DNA from: Candidatus Hodarchaeota archaeon
GTDB taxonomy: Archaea > Asgardarchaeota > Lokiarchaeia > Sigyniarchaeales > SOKP01
Assembly (NCBI GenBank): GCA_048887225.1
Contig: JBHLJY010000007.1
Coordinates: 32,001-96,000 of the forward strand
DNA length: 64,000 bases
Direction: 5' to 3'
The translations under genes and the position numbers were made by a program. The notes below the pieces were generated by a model. That model saw nothing but the letters and a program-made list of their open reading frames with translations. It was not told where the DNA came from and did no database searches. Shown one piece after another: positions 1 to 9,713 of this stretch (position 1 is the stretch's first letter; each line of letters opens with the position of its first letter).

Positions 1-1351
1 CTTTTACACTATAATCTCCACATAAGGGTCCGAATGACGCCACAGGTTCGTAACCACCATATTCTGCGTATTCTAAAAGAGGAAAGAGATAAGCAATCCA
101 ATCGTTGGCGTTTTGAAAAATAAAAGAATTACTCTTTCCTGTTGGAGATTTTCTTAACAGCGATTTACTAAAGTCTTCGAATAATTCACCAGGTACTGTT
201 AATATACTTAGTTCTTTCGATTTTGATTTTGAATTGACTTCAATTTTGATATATTGTAAAACGGAATGACAATATATTTTTAATCTTCGACGTCTAATTG
301 TAAAAGAAGGAAAGTTGGCTTGCTCAATTAGAATTTTAGCTATTGGTACTATTAAATATTTTTTTAAGGAGTAATATAGTTTATTTGTAAACCAAGTATT
401 TGAAAAATATTTAAGATCTTTCAATGGGACCCTTAAATTCCTTAAATAAGAAAAAAACTTTAATTCTTCAAAATATTCATTGTCTTCAATGGATTCTGCG
501 AGTTTTAAAGCTTCTTCGGCTATGATATATCCTATTTTTTTTGTATGTGTGTAAGTGCCTAATTGATCATATATAAGCTTTTTATTTAAATGCTCATAGT
601 CAGCACTACAAGTCGTAATAGGATTTAGATCTCCACTTGCGCCATTAAAATAAATACTTTTTATGTTGTTATTAGTTAATTCATTAATTCTATAAATTAT
701 TCGGCCAGGATAATCTGATGAGATTTTATTGTTCATAAAAGATAGGGTTGTTGGATGACAAGCGTAATTAATAATAAATCCAATAAGGTTATTATCATTT
801 AAACTTCGAAATGTAATTACTCCCAAATCTGGTTTTGATCTTTTCGTTGGATGCCTTCGATTTATAACGATATTTGGATTAAAGCTTTTCTTAATCCATG
901 CTATTTTACAAGGTGTTAATCCATTAAATAACTTCTTAACCATTTTAAGAATTTGATACACAAACCAGACAATATATTTGTCGTTTCTATTCACGCCAAA
1001 CATTATCCCTTTTACTACATTAAAAAATCCCCCTAGCCAATAAAATTCTCCCGTAAGATCTGGAGCTGAATGTGTATGGGTAGAATGAATCAGGATTTGA
1101 GATGGATCTATAAAAGAAATTTCGTCTCTTATTTTTCTCTTAATGTAATTTGCGATGCTTAGTGGTACTTTTAACAAATCTAAAGAAATCAATAATAAAT
1201 TGTTATTCCTATTAGTCGCTTCAATTAAAACTCCATGAGCATAAATATCATCTAATTTACCTAAGCAAGGATCTGGTCGGGTATAACCCGCCATTGCCAT
1301 GCCAATATAGTTCTTTGGTGTAATTTTGATTCTACTAAAAGCTACTCTCAT
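1..1351 (-). CDS. Neutral/alkaline non-lysosomal ceramidase family protein (3' end runs off the window; absent from the ORF track)
   Basis: Manual translation from ATG at 1351: MRVAFSRIKITPKNYIGMAMAGY..., with HSTHTHSAP, NYACHPT, NGASGD and GGYE motifs typical of the family. Confidence 0.8.
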   Translation of the reverse strand, partial: MRVAFSRIKITPKNYIGMAMAGYTRPDPCLGKLDDIYAHGVLIEATNRNNNLLLISLDLLKVPLSIANYIKRKIRDEISFIDPSQILIHSTHTHSAPDLTGEFYWLGGFFNVVKGIMFGVNRNDKYIVWFVYQILKMVKKLFNGLTPCKIAWIKKSFNPNIVINRRHPTKRSKPDLGVITFRSLNDNNLIGFIINYACHPTTLSFMNNKISSDYPGRIIYRINELTNNNIKSIYFNGASGDLNPITTCSADYEHLNKKLIYDQLGTYTHTKKIGYIIAEEALKLAESIEDNEYFEELKFFSYLRNLRVPLKDLKYFSNTWFTNKLYYSLKKYLIVPIAKILIEQANFPSFTIRRRRLKIYCHSVLQYIKIEVNSKSKSKELSILTVPGELFEDFSKSLLRKSPTGKSNSFIFQNANDWIAYLFPLLEYAEYGGYEPVASFGPLCGDYSVK

Positions 1352-1430
1352 CAATTTAAATAAACAGTAGTAAATTTTTAAATCTTTGATATAAAGAACA
1401 AAAAAACTGATAATTTTTTTTTTCTACTTA

Positions 1431-1676
1431 TTATCTTTTAGGATGACCACGACGGACTATCAAATAAACAATAAATCCTATTATGGGGGTCAGGATAAGA
1501 ATTATTAACCATAGTTCTCCATTTAAATCCCTTTTAACAGCGTCTTTGTAAACGTATTGAAGTATATAAATATACAGTATAAACAACGCAACAGCAACAA
1601 CGATAATGATAGCAATAAAAACAGGCCCTAATTCAGCCGCCATTTCTGCCCGATCGCTTCTATACATAAGAACCAT
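1431..1676 (-). CDS. Small two-TM membrane protein (PLDc_N-like)
   Basis: Two hydrophobic helices; W..I..L.PIIG.IVYL pattern. Confidence 0.6.
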   Translation of the reverse strand: MVLMYRSDRAEMAAELGPVFIAIIIVVAVALFILYIYILQYVYKDAVKRDLNGELWLIILILTPIIGFIVYLIVRRGHPKR

Positions 1677-1826
1677 TTTAAATTCCTCCTAATTTTTTTT
1701 TAATTTATAATTTAGTTTTATAATTGAGTAATTATGATCTTTTCCATTTATAGTTTATATAGTCCATTTTTTATAAAAAAATAGATGTCTTTAAGATAGT
1801 CGAGAGTCATACTCTTTTCCATTATA

Positions 1827-2570
1827 TTATTCAATCATTTTATTTAGCCAATTAGAATCTTCTTTTAGTTGTTCATAAACATTTATATCACCAAAATCCC
1901 CTCTAACCTGATTTTTTTCCATTTTCAATACTCTGACTTTCCAATTTCTTTCTTTAATACCAACACATATAGCTTCAGGGATTTCTATTTCGCCTCTTTC
2001 AGAGGGTTTTACCTTTTTTAATACTTCAAAAATCTCTTTAGAAAAAATAAACACGCCACAGTTATTAAGATTTGAAATGGACCTGCCGATAGGTGGTTTT
2101 TCGATAATGTCACAACAGAAATCCCCTACACAATAAACAGCCGCACCTTTAAAAGGATCATCCAGATAATTTGCAACAAGTATAAAATCATGCTTTTCGT
2201 GCTTATATATATCATACACTTTCTTGTAGACGCTATATGGTACAAGTATATCACCCCAAGTTAAAAAGAAGTGGGATGTGTTAATTAAATCTTCGCACAA
2301 TAACAACGCGCCTCCTGTACCATTTAAAATATTTTGATTAATATATTCAATATTTACATCCCATTTAGAGCCATCTTGAAAATAATTAATAACTTGCTCT
2401 TTAAGATAACCAACAACAATAATAAAATCATTAAAACCAGCAGCTTTAATGCCATTTAAAATATATTCTAATAAAGGCTTTCCTTGCAGGGGAATCATAG
2501 TCTTTTGGTAAATTTCGGTATAAGGTTTCATACGATTTCCAATTCCAGCACATAAAATAACAGCTTTCAA
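1827..2570 (-). CDS. Sugar-phosphate nucleotidyltransferase
   Basis: MKAVILCAGIGNRMKPYT...K motif, GTGGA, EKP; TTG start overlaps the upstream TGA stop (TTGA). Confidence 0.9.
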   Translation of the reverse strand: MKAVILCAGIGNRMKPYTEIYQKTMIPLQGKPLLEYILNGIKAAGFNDFIIVVGYLKEQVINYFQDGSKWDVNIEYINQNILNGTGGALLLCEDLINTSHFFLTWGDILVPYSVYKKVYDIYKHEKHDFILVANYLDDPFKGAAVYCVGDFCCDIIEKPPIGRSISNLNNCGVFIFSKEIFEVLKKVKPSERGEIEIPEAICVGIKERNWKVRVLKMEKNQVRGDFGDINVYEQLKEDSNWLNKMIE

Positions 2571-3661
2571 TATTTTTCAACTCCATTACTTGCTTTTATA
2601 ATATAAGCTATCCCCTCGGCTTCTTCAATTGCGTTTTTGAGAGGAATTTCATTTCCTGGGAGAGAGAGCGCAAACATAGTACCTCCAAATCCAGATCCGT
2701 TAATTTTTGCTCCCAAAGCGCCTGATTCTAAGCATTTTTTTACCATAAGTTCTATTTTTTCAGTATAAATTCCAATATTATTTTTTAATTGAAAGTGGTG
2801 CATATTCAATAGGTTGCCTAATTGTTGATAAAAATCTTTTACTTTAGTATCTTCGCATAGATAATCTTTAAAAATCAATTTTTTTGCTTTTACAGTTATA
2901 TCTCTATTTATAAGGTTTCCCACGACTTTTTTTTGGTATTTTTTTTCAAGATTAGATAAAAATGGTTTGACCTCTTCTAAAGATGTTTTATACTGATCAA
3001 ATGTAGGTAGAATTTCTTTTAAAGTTTTGAAGGCATTAAGTGCCAAATTTTTAACTTTCATAAGATTTTCTACTGTATCTTTCTTTTCTAACGAATTACC
3101 TAACACAAAACCATCAATTTTCTCTTTAATAGATACAATATTTGGTCTAGGAAATTTAGGCTCCAGATAAACTAAATTCCCATAAATTGAGCAATAATGG
3201 TCCATCATTCCTCCAGCTTCGTTAAATTCTTTTACTTCAGTATTGTAGCCTTCAATAGCTAATTTGGATTTTTTATTAATCGTTACACCACTAATTTGGT
3301 TAAGAAAATATAGCCAAGCAATTACTAAAGCAGAAGAACTGGCAACCCCAGCGTTAATTGGTATATCTCCTGTTATTTTTATTTTATATCCTTTATTAAA
3401 TTTAATTCCTTTTCTTAAAAACAGATTATATCCACTTTTCAAATAATCTCTTTTTGAATCGTATTCTAGTTCTCTATTATTTAATGAGATTTCTAAAGTT
3501 TCATCTAAATCGGGAAGCTCTATAATAAATTGTGTACTCGATATTCTTTCTGCTTCTAAATAAATATATCTTGATATAGCCATTGCTATTACGGGAAGAT
3601 TTAAATAATCCTGATGTTCTCCAAATAAACAAATTCGTCCAGGAGACTGAATTTTGATCAT
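2567..3661 (-). CDS. GHMP-family sugar kinase (galactokinase-like)
   Basis: PGRICLFGEHQDY, IPINAGVASSSA and GAKINGSGFGG motifs. Confidence 0.9.
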   Translation of the reverse strand: MIKIQSPGRICLFGEHQDYLNLPVIAMAISRYIYLEAERISSTQFIIELPDLDETLEISLNNRELEYDSKRDYLKSGYNLFLRKGIKFNKGYKIKITGDIPINAGVASSSALVIAWLYFLNQISGVTINKKSKLAIEGYNTEVKEFNEAGGMMDHYCSIYGNLVYLEPKFPRPNIVSIKEKIDGFVLGNSLEKKDTVENLMKVKNLALNAFKTLKEILPTFDQYKTSLEEVKPFLSNLEKKYQKKVVGNLINRDITVKAKKLIFKDYLCEDTKVKDFYQQLGNLLNMHHFQLKNNIGIYTEKIELMVKKCLESGALGAKINGSGFGGTMFALSLPGNEIPLKNAIEEAEGIAYIIKASNGVEKY

Positions 3662-4064
3662 TTTATTAAATTCTTTGATTCAACCAATATAGATATCCAA
3701 TATAATAATTATATTACTCTATCAAATTAAGATATTATTCCGATTTTATTTTTTTTCATAAGAAGTTCATATATTTGTTCTAAGATATAGGATTTTTTAA
3801 TGTTAAAAAAAAAGTTTTTCTTATGCTTAAGAATTATTTAGAAAAAGTACTATAGCTCATAATTTTCAAGTTCATAAAGCCATTGAAAACATAACTTAAA
3901 TCCCGATAAATTTATAAATAAATTTGGTTCTATTTTATTTATCTAAAATTATAGATTCTTGAATAATTATAGAAAAGGAATAAATAAATTAAGAATATAT
4001 TGATTCTCATTTTTTAATGAGATAGCTGTTATTTCTTATAATTTTAAAAAATAAATGATTTAAC

Positions 4065-5966
4065 TTGAATGATATAGAAACCAAGCTTAAGAAATTAAAT
4101 CAAAAATTAAAGGAATCCGAAGAAAAATATAAGAATTTAGTTGAAAAATCAGGACTGAGCATAATTATTTTTGATAAAGATGGAAAATCTCTGTTAGTAA
4201 ATAAATTAACTGCAGATAATTTAGGTAAAAAGCCAGAAGATTTAATTGGAAAATCTATATTTGAATTTCTTCCAAAAGATAAAGCAAAAAAATATTTAAA
4301 AATGATTAGAGATGTCATTGAGTCTAGAAAAGCGATTACAACTGAGGACATATTTAAATTACCAGACGGTATTAGAACTTTTTTTATAAATATACAACCA
4401 ATCTTCGATATAAATGGTAATGTTACAAGTACTCAGAATATTTCTATAGAGATTACCAAGCGCAAGAAAATCGAACAGAAATTAAAAGAATCTGAAACAA
4501 TATTCAGAGCTATTGCTGACCAATCTTTAATAGCTTTATGTATTATACAAAATAATTTAATAAAATATTGTAATCAACGATTGGGTGATATAACTGGATA
4601 TAATATCGAAGAAATGATGAATTGGACACCTGAAGAATTAATTAAATCAATTCTTCCAGCCTATCGTGACTTTGTTATAGAACAAATGAAAAAAAGACAA
4701 GAGGGTTCAGATGATGCGATAGATCAATACGAACTTCAATTCTTTAGAAAAAATGGTGAAAAAATTTGGATTGAGATTATTTCAAAGGGAATTAATTATA
4801 AAGGTGCACCTGCTGATTTAGGTATAATCCTTGATATTACCGAGCGCAAGAGAATCGAACAGATATTAAAAGATTCTGAAAAAAAATATAAAATTGAGCG
4901 GGATAATCTAATTAATATTTTAAATTCTATGGAAGATGGGGTTTACATCATCGACCAAAAACATAACCTTGAATATGCTAATCCAATACTTATAAAAGAT
5001 TTTGGTCCATTCGAAGGCAAGAAATGTTATTATTATTTTCATGGTCGTAAAGAAGTATGTCCTTTATGTAAAAATAAAGAGGTTTTTACTGGAAAAACAA
5101 TTAAATGGGAGTGGTTTTCCTCTGAATATCAAAAAACTTATGACCTAGTTGAAACTCCTGTAAAAAATCCTGATGGTAGCCAATCAAAATTAGTAATTTT
5201 TCACGATATAACTGAACGTAAAAAGATTGAACAAGAATTAATAAAACAAAATATTGAATTAACAAAATTAGATAGAGCTAAAAATAATTTTATAACAATG
5301 GCTACTCACGAATTAAAGACCCCTCTAATTTCTATTGCTGGATATACAGAGTACATTCTTACTAAGCATAAAGAAAATTTATCTATTGACATTAAAAATG
5401 ATTTATTGATCGTGCAAAGAAACATTGATCGTTTGCAGAATTTGATCAACCAACTATTAGATGTTATAAAAATGGAATCTGATAAAATGGAATTAAATTT
5501 AGAATTAATTAATATAACTGATATCATGTATAGATGTTTAAATGAATTGAGTTATTTAATTAAAGAAAAAGATCATGAAATGATTTTAAATATAGATAAT
5601 GAGATATTTTTAAACATTGATCCTGATCGAATTTTTCAAGTCTTTTCCAATCTAATTTCTAATGCGGCTAAATTTACTCCAAAAGGAGGCAGAATTGAAA
5701 TTTCTGCCAAAAAAGAGGACTCTCGATATTTGTTTGAGGTTAAGGATAATGGTATTGGATTATCCAAAAATGAACTTAAATGTGTGTTTGAAAAATTTGA
5801 AACCGTTAAACAAGATAAAAACGAAAATTTTCCCACAGGTACTGGACTTGGATTATACCTATCTAAAGGACTCGTAAAAGCCCATGGAGGAAAAATGTGG
5901 GGCACTTCAGAAGGTAGAAATAAGGGTTCTACATTTTACTTTTCTCTGCCTATCATTAAGAAATAG
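4065..5966 (+). CDS. Cytoplasmic multi-PAS sensor histidine kinase
   Basis: Three PAS/PAC units ending in DITERK-like motifs; H-box ATHELKTPL; N-box NLISNAAKF; G-boxes DNGIG and GTGLGL. Confidence 0.92.
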   Translation: MNDIETKLKKLNQKLKESEEKYKNLVEKSGLSIIIFDKDGKSLLVNKLTADNLGKKPEDLIGKSIFEFLPKDKAKKYLKMIRDVIESRKAITTEDIFKLPDGIRTFFINIQPIFDINGNVTSTQNISIEITKRKKIEQKLKESETIFRAIADQSLIALCIIQNNLIKYCNQRLGDITGYNIEEMMNWTPEELIKSILPAYRDFVIEQMKKRQEGSDDAIDQYELQFFRKNGEKIWIEIISKGINYKGAPADLGIILDITERKRIEQILKDSEKKYKIERDNLINILNSMEDGVYIIDQKHNLEYANPILIKDFGPFEGKKCYYYFHGRKEVCPLCKNKEVFTGKTIKWEWFSSEYQKTYDLVETPVKNPDGSQSKLVIFHDITERKKIEQELIKQNIELTKLDRAKNNFITMATHELKTPLISIAGYTEYILTKHKENLSIDIKNDLLIVQRNIDRLQNLINQLLDVIKMESDKMELNLELINITDIMYRCLNELSYLIKEKDHEMILNIDNEIFLNIDPDRIFQVFSNLISNAAKFTPKGGRIEISAKKEDSRYLFEVKDNGIGLSKNELKCVFEKFETVKQDKNENFPTGTGLGLYLSKGLVKAHGGKMWGTSEGRNKGSTFYFSLPIIKK

Positions 5967-6303
5967 TTTTAAATAAGACTTGTTTCTATAAAAATTATAA
6001 TACTTTTTCGATAGATTTCCTAGGCATTGAAAGTATTTACTTTCTGAAAAGCAGGAAAATATATATTTAGTTCAAGATATAAGATTCTCTAAGTTTAACC
6101 ATTCAAAAAAGCCAAAAAAAAGATTAATTTTAACCTTAGTGCTTATAAAAAACAATTTTAATTTTTTTTGTGTAAAGAAAATGCTTACATTTTCTCAATA
6201 TTATTCCGATATTACACTTGTTTTTTTTTTATATATATTTAGATAATATTGATTTTAATAGAATTTAAATGATTTTAGGATTAAGTCCTGATCTTTCAAA
6301 ATC

Positions 6304-7083
6304 ATGATAAGAGATATAGTAATTATAAAGGATGGAATGCCTTTATTATCAAAAAATTTTTCTAATTCTCAAGAGAGCATTTTTGCTCAAAAAGATGATC
6401 TTATTATGATATCGGGGTTTTTCTCGGCATTGAATTCTTTTTCAGATCAATTTGATGATTTAGGTTCGATTAGCGAATTAAAATTTGATTCTAAAAATAA
6501 CAACTTGAAATTGTCTTTTTTAAAAGATAAAAGCATACCAAATTTGATTTATTTGGCGAGTTTTGACGAAGAATCTAAGGGAGTAAATGTGCATCGTTAT
6601 TTAAGAAAAATGTCAAATACTTTTTTAAGAAAATATAACATCGATCAAATAACAAAATGGCGTGGAAGAGCTGACACATTTAAATCATTTGAAGATATTA
6701 TTAATCAATACGTTGATGACGAGAAAAAAGAAACAGAAGTAGAGTTTAAAGAAAAGGTGGTTAATCTTTTTAATTCTGTAAAAGAAAAAATTGACGAAGA
6801 AACTGTTATTTCTGAGTCTAAAAATTCACCAAATCTAAAAATTGAAAAAAATAAAGAAGAATTAGTTCCAGATTTTTTTAAATTTATTCCTTTTTTGAGA
6901 GTTACAAAACAAATTAATCCGAAATATTATCTAACGGGTGAAATTTCTCACAAAGTTTATAATCATATCGATGGGGAAAAACCAATTATACAGATTGCTA
7001 AAGAATTAGATGTGACTCCTGAAAATGTTCACAACATTTGTAAAAATTTAATTAAATTGGGATTTATTTCTATTAAATATTGA
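6304..7083 (+). CDS. Longin/roadblock-like N-terminal domain fused to a C-terminal winged HTH
   Basis: N-term IVIIKDGMPLL...LIMISGFFSALNSF is typical of Asgard longin-like proteins; C-term IDGEKPIIQIAKEL...ICKNLIKLGFI is wHTH-like. Confidence 0.6.
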   Translation: MIRDIVIIKDGMPLLSKNFSNSQESIFAQKDDLIMISGFFSALNSFSDQFDDLGSISELKFDSKNNNLKLSFLKDKSIPNLIYLASFDEESKGVNVHRYLRKMSNTFLRKYNIDQITKWRGRADTFKSFEDIINQYVDDEKKETEVEFKEKVVNLFNSVKEKIDEETVISESKNSPNLKIEKNKEELVPDFFKFIPFLRVTKQINPKYYLTGEISHKVYNHIDGEKPIIQIAKELDVTPENVHNICKNLIKLGFISIKY

Positions 7084-7091
7084 AGAGGAAG

Positions 7092-7397
7092 TTATTTGTG
7101 CTTTCTTCTTTCTTGTTGTTTCTTTCTTCTTTTTTCTTTTTCTTGGATTTCTTCTTCTAATTCCATTAATCCTAATTCATCCTTTCCAGTAAATTTAAAT
7201 TGTCCAGCAATTTTGCTTTCTTCTTTTTCACCAGATTTAGAGATCTTTTCAAAAGATAAAATAATTGGTTGTCCTTGATTTAATGCTAAATTTACAAAAT
7301 TTATAAAACCCAAATGTTTACTAGGAGCTATATTGAACTTCATACATACTTCATTGTTTTTCTTCGTTCTTGTTTTTAAGACCAAACGCAATCTCAT
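7092..7397 (-). CDS. Hypothetical protein with a basic C-terminal tail
   Basis: 101-aa ORF, ATG start, fills the intergenic space. Confidence 0.6.
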   Translation of the reverse strand: MRLRLVLKTRTKKNNEVCMKFNIAPSKHLGFINFVNLALNQGQPIILSFEKISKSGEKEESKIAGQFKFTGKDELGLMELEEEIQEKEKRRKKQQERRKHK

Positions 7398-7510
7398 GGA
7401 AAATTTTCTTAGATATTTGTTTTAACTATTTAATTAAAAGATTCAAAATAAAAAAATTATATTATAATTATAATTTACACTATATTATAATTTATATCAT
7501 ATAAGCAATC

Positions 7511-8146
7511 ATGCCTTCAAAGTTAAGAGTGCGATATATATTTCGACCGTTAGTAAATCTCGTAGCGAAAGGTCTAAGCAAAATAGGTGTAACACCTAAT
7601 ATCGCAACTCTTTTAATGCTCATCTTTGCTATATTAAGTTCTATTTCACTTTTATTTTTTAATAATCTCCTCTATTTTGCTATTTTTTTATTTATTACTG
7701 GTATTATGGATGGATGTGATGGTGCTATTGCTCGATTAACAAATAACTCAACGAAATTTGGCGGATTTTTTGATTCTATAATGGATCGAGTCTCAGAATT
7801 TTTTATTTTTCTTGGACTCCTTATTTTCTGTTGGAATCAATTACTTTGGAATCTAATTGATATGAGACTTCTCATTTTTATAAGCTTTTTAGCTACTATT
7901 ATGATAAGTTACACTAGGTCAAGAGCAGAGGATTTTTATAAAGGGGATAAAGGTGACTTCGATGTTGGACTTATGGCTCGTTCGGAACGATTATTTTTTT
8001 TGATGTTAACTTCGTTAATAGCCTTTTTTTACGGATTTTTTAACGAGTTTTTATTTCTCTTTATGTTGTTAGTAATTAGTACTGCATTATTCAGATATGC
8101 AAAAATTAGTCGAAAAATAAAAGGGCAAGAATTGAGTGAACATTGA
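7511..8146 (+). CDS. CDP-alcohol phosphatidyltransferase (archaetidylinositol-phosphate synthase-like)
   Basis: TPN..T and DGCDGAIAR...GGFFDSIMDR signature. Confidence 0.9.
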   Translation: MPSKLRVRYIFRPLVNLVAKGLSKIGVTPNIATLLMLIFAILSSISLLFFNNLLYFAIFLFITGIMDGCDGAIARLTNNSTKFGGFFDSIMDRVSEFFIFLGLLIFCWNQLLWNLIDMRLLIFISFLATIMISYTRSRAEDFYKGDKGDFDVGLMARSERLFFLMLTSLIAFFYGFFNEFLFLFMLLVISTALFRYAKISRKIKGQELSEH

Positions 8147-8234
8147 ATCTAATTATTGTAATTTAATATTGAAGTAAATATTATGATATTATATAGTAAT
8201 GATAAAAGATGAAGGTCAAAAAAGAATCATATAG

Positions 8235-8462
8235 ATGAAAGCAAAAAGTCTTAAATGTTATCTTTGTGGCGGGAATATTATATATAACGAAGAAACACAT
8301 AATTATATTTGTAGTGAATGCAATGCAGCTCACGATTCAGAAATGTTTAACCTTGATGATATGAAAAATAAGACTAAATATCATTTAACAAAAATCAAAA
8401 TATTAGTAGCTATTCTTGCGACTTTATATGTTTTATATTTCTTTTATAGACGCTTTTCTTAA
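8235..8462 (+). CDS. Small zinc-ribbon protein with a C-terminal TM anchor
   Basis: CYLC...CSEC, hydrophobic tail ending in RR. Confidence 0.65.
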   Translation: MKAKSLKCYLCGGNIIYNEETHNYICSECNAAHDSEMFNLDDMKNKTKYHLTKIKILVAILATLYVLYFFYRRFS

Positions 8463-8508
8463 AACTTTTTAAAGAAAATCAAATGTTTTTCCCATCTTGA
8501 AAAAGAAT

Positions 8509-9222
8509 TCAATCTCTATGTTTATTTAATTCAATTATAACTTTATCCCCATCTTTTAAATTTAACTTATCCCTCAAATATGGTTCAGCCAAGATTTCAA
8601 TAATGTTTTTTTTATGATGCGTTCTTGCAATATCTAATATTGTTGCAAAGATTTTGTGTTCTCGGTCATCTAAATGAGATATATAACAATTGTAACAACG
8701 AACTGATCCATATGTTCTTTCTGAATTTTCATCTTTAAATCCATTAATTATAATTGGAATGCTATTTTCTAAATTTTCCCTTAAGAGTGAAATATTGAGA
8801 TCATTCATCTCTAAATTTAAAGTTCCTAAATATGGTTTAAATCCTAATTTTTCTTGAAACTGATGATAATAACCTTTGATTGCAACATAATAAGCACCTT
8901 CTCTCATTCCTTCTGTAACTTCACCTACAATTAAAATATTTTCAAGAATATTCTTCAATTCCTTGTAGACATTAAGCATAATATCTGCCCCCGTTTTTGG
9001 AATTCTTATAATTTGTGTCTTCCCCTCAATTTTTCTTTCAATCCATCCCAGTTCTTCTAAATCTTGAATTCGCCGAGATGCGGTTTGCTGACTGACGCCC
9101 ATAATTTCACCAAGCTCAACGCTACTAATATGAATAGATTTTTGATTTCCTATTTGTTGGCAAAGATGATATAATGCAAACCAATTTGCGTAATTATCAG
9201 GCCTTAGTTCTTCTTTTGACAC
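8509..9222 (-). CDS. ribK: CTP-dependent riboflavin kinase with N-terminal wHTH (RbkR type)
   Basis: SQQTASRRIQDLE HTH; G.V..G..EG.YY, PYLGTLNL, EILA..YLRDKLNLKDGD; GTG start with AGGTGA SD. Confidence 0.92.
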   Translation of the reverse strand: MSKEELRPDNYANWFALYHLCQQIGNQKSIHISSVELGEIMGVSQQTASRRIQDLEELGWIERKIEGKTQIIRIPKTGADIMLNVYKELKNILENILIVGEVTEGMREGAYYVAIKGYYHQFQEKLGFKPYLGTLNLEMNDLNISLLRENLENSIPIIINGFKDENSERTYGSVRCYNCYISHLDDREHKIFATILDIARTHHKKNIIEILAEPYLRDKLNLKDGDKVIIELNKHRD

Positions 9223-9234
9223 AAATTCACCTTT

Positions 9235-9681
9235 TTATGAATGATCTTTTTTATATCTTTCAATGATTTTCTTCTTTATTAGGCTTGAGCTATGCAGTTT
9301 GTATTTATCGTAAAATTCTTCTATTCTTTTTACTTTAATATGGTTCATCCCTTTCATTTTAAGGGCGTTTTGAAGTCTTTCAAGGCTAAACTTTTGGTCT
9401 GGGCCTAAAAGTATTATATCGGGATTTAATTCTTCCACTGTTTTAAGAGTGTCGTTATCATGCCTTCCTAATTTTGCATCTTTCACATTTTTAATACTTT
9501 TCATTACTTCCAATCTTTGTTGTTCTGGAATAATTGGCATCTCTCCAGAATATAATTCTCTATTTTTATCTGTAGCAACTATAATATAGACGTCTCCTAA
9601 TTTTGCAGCCTCATTTATCAAAAAAATGTGTCCAGGATGTAAAATATCAAATGTTCCAGCTATTAGAACTCTTTTCCGTAT
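9235..9681 (-). CDS. ribL: FAD synthase (cytidyltransferase family); true N-terminus lies upstream of the ORF-track start
   Basis: The in-frame extension encodes RKRVLIAGTFDILHPGHIFL (HxGH motif). The only candidate start in this frame is ATA at 9681, unless there is a 1-nt slip in an A6 run. Adjacent to ribK. Confidence 0.85.
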   Translation of the reverse strand: MRKRVLIAGTFDILHPGHIFLINEAAKLGDVYIIVATDKNRELYSGEMPIIPEQQRLEVMKSIKNVKDAKLGRHDNDTLKTVEELNPDIILLGPDQKFSLERLQNALKMKGMNHIKVKRIEEFYDKYKLHSSSLIKKKIIERYKKDHS

Positions 9682-9713
9682 TTTTTATCATCTCACATTT
9701 AATTTTCATTCAG

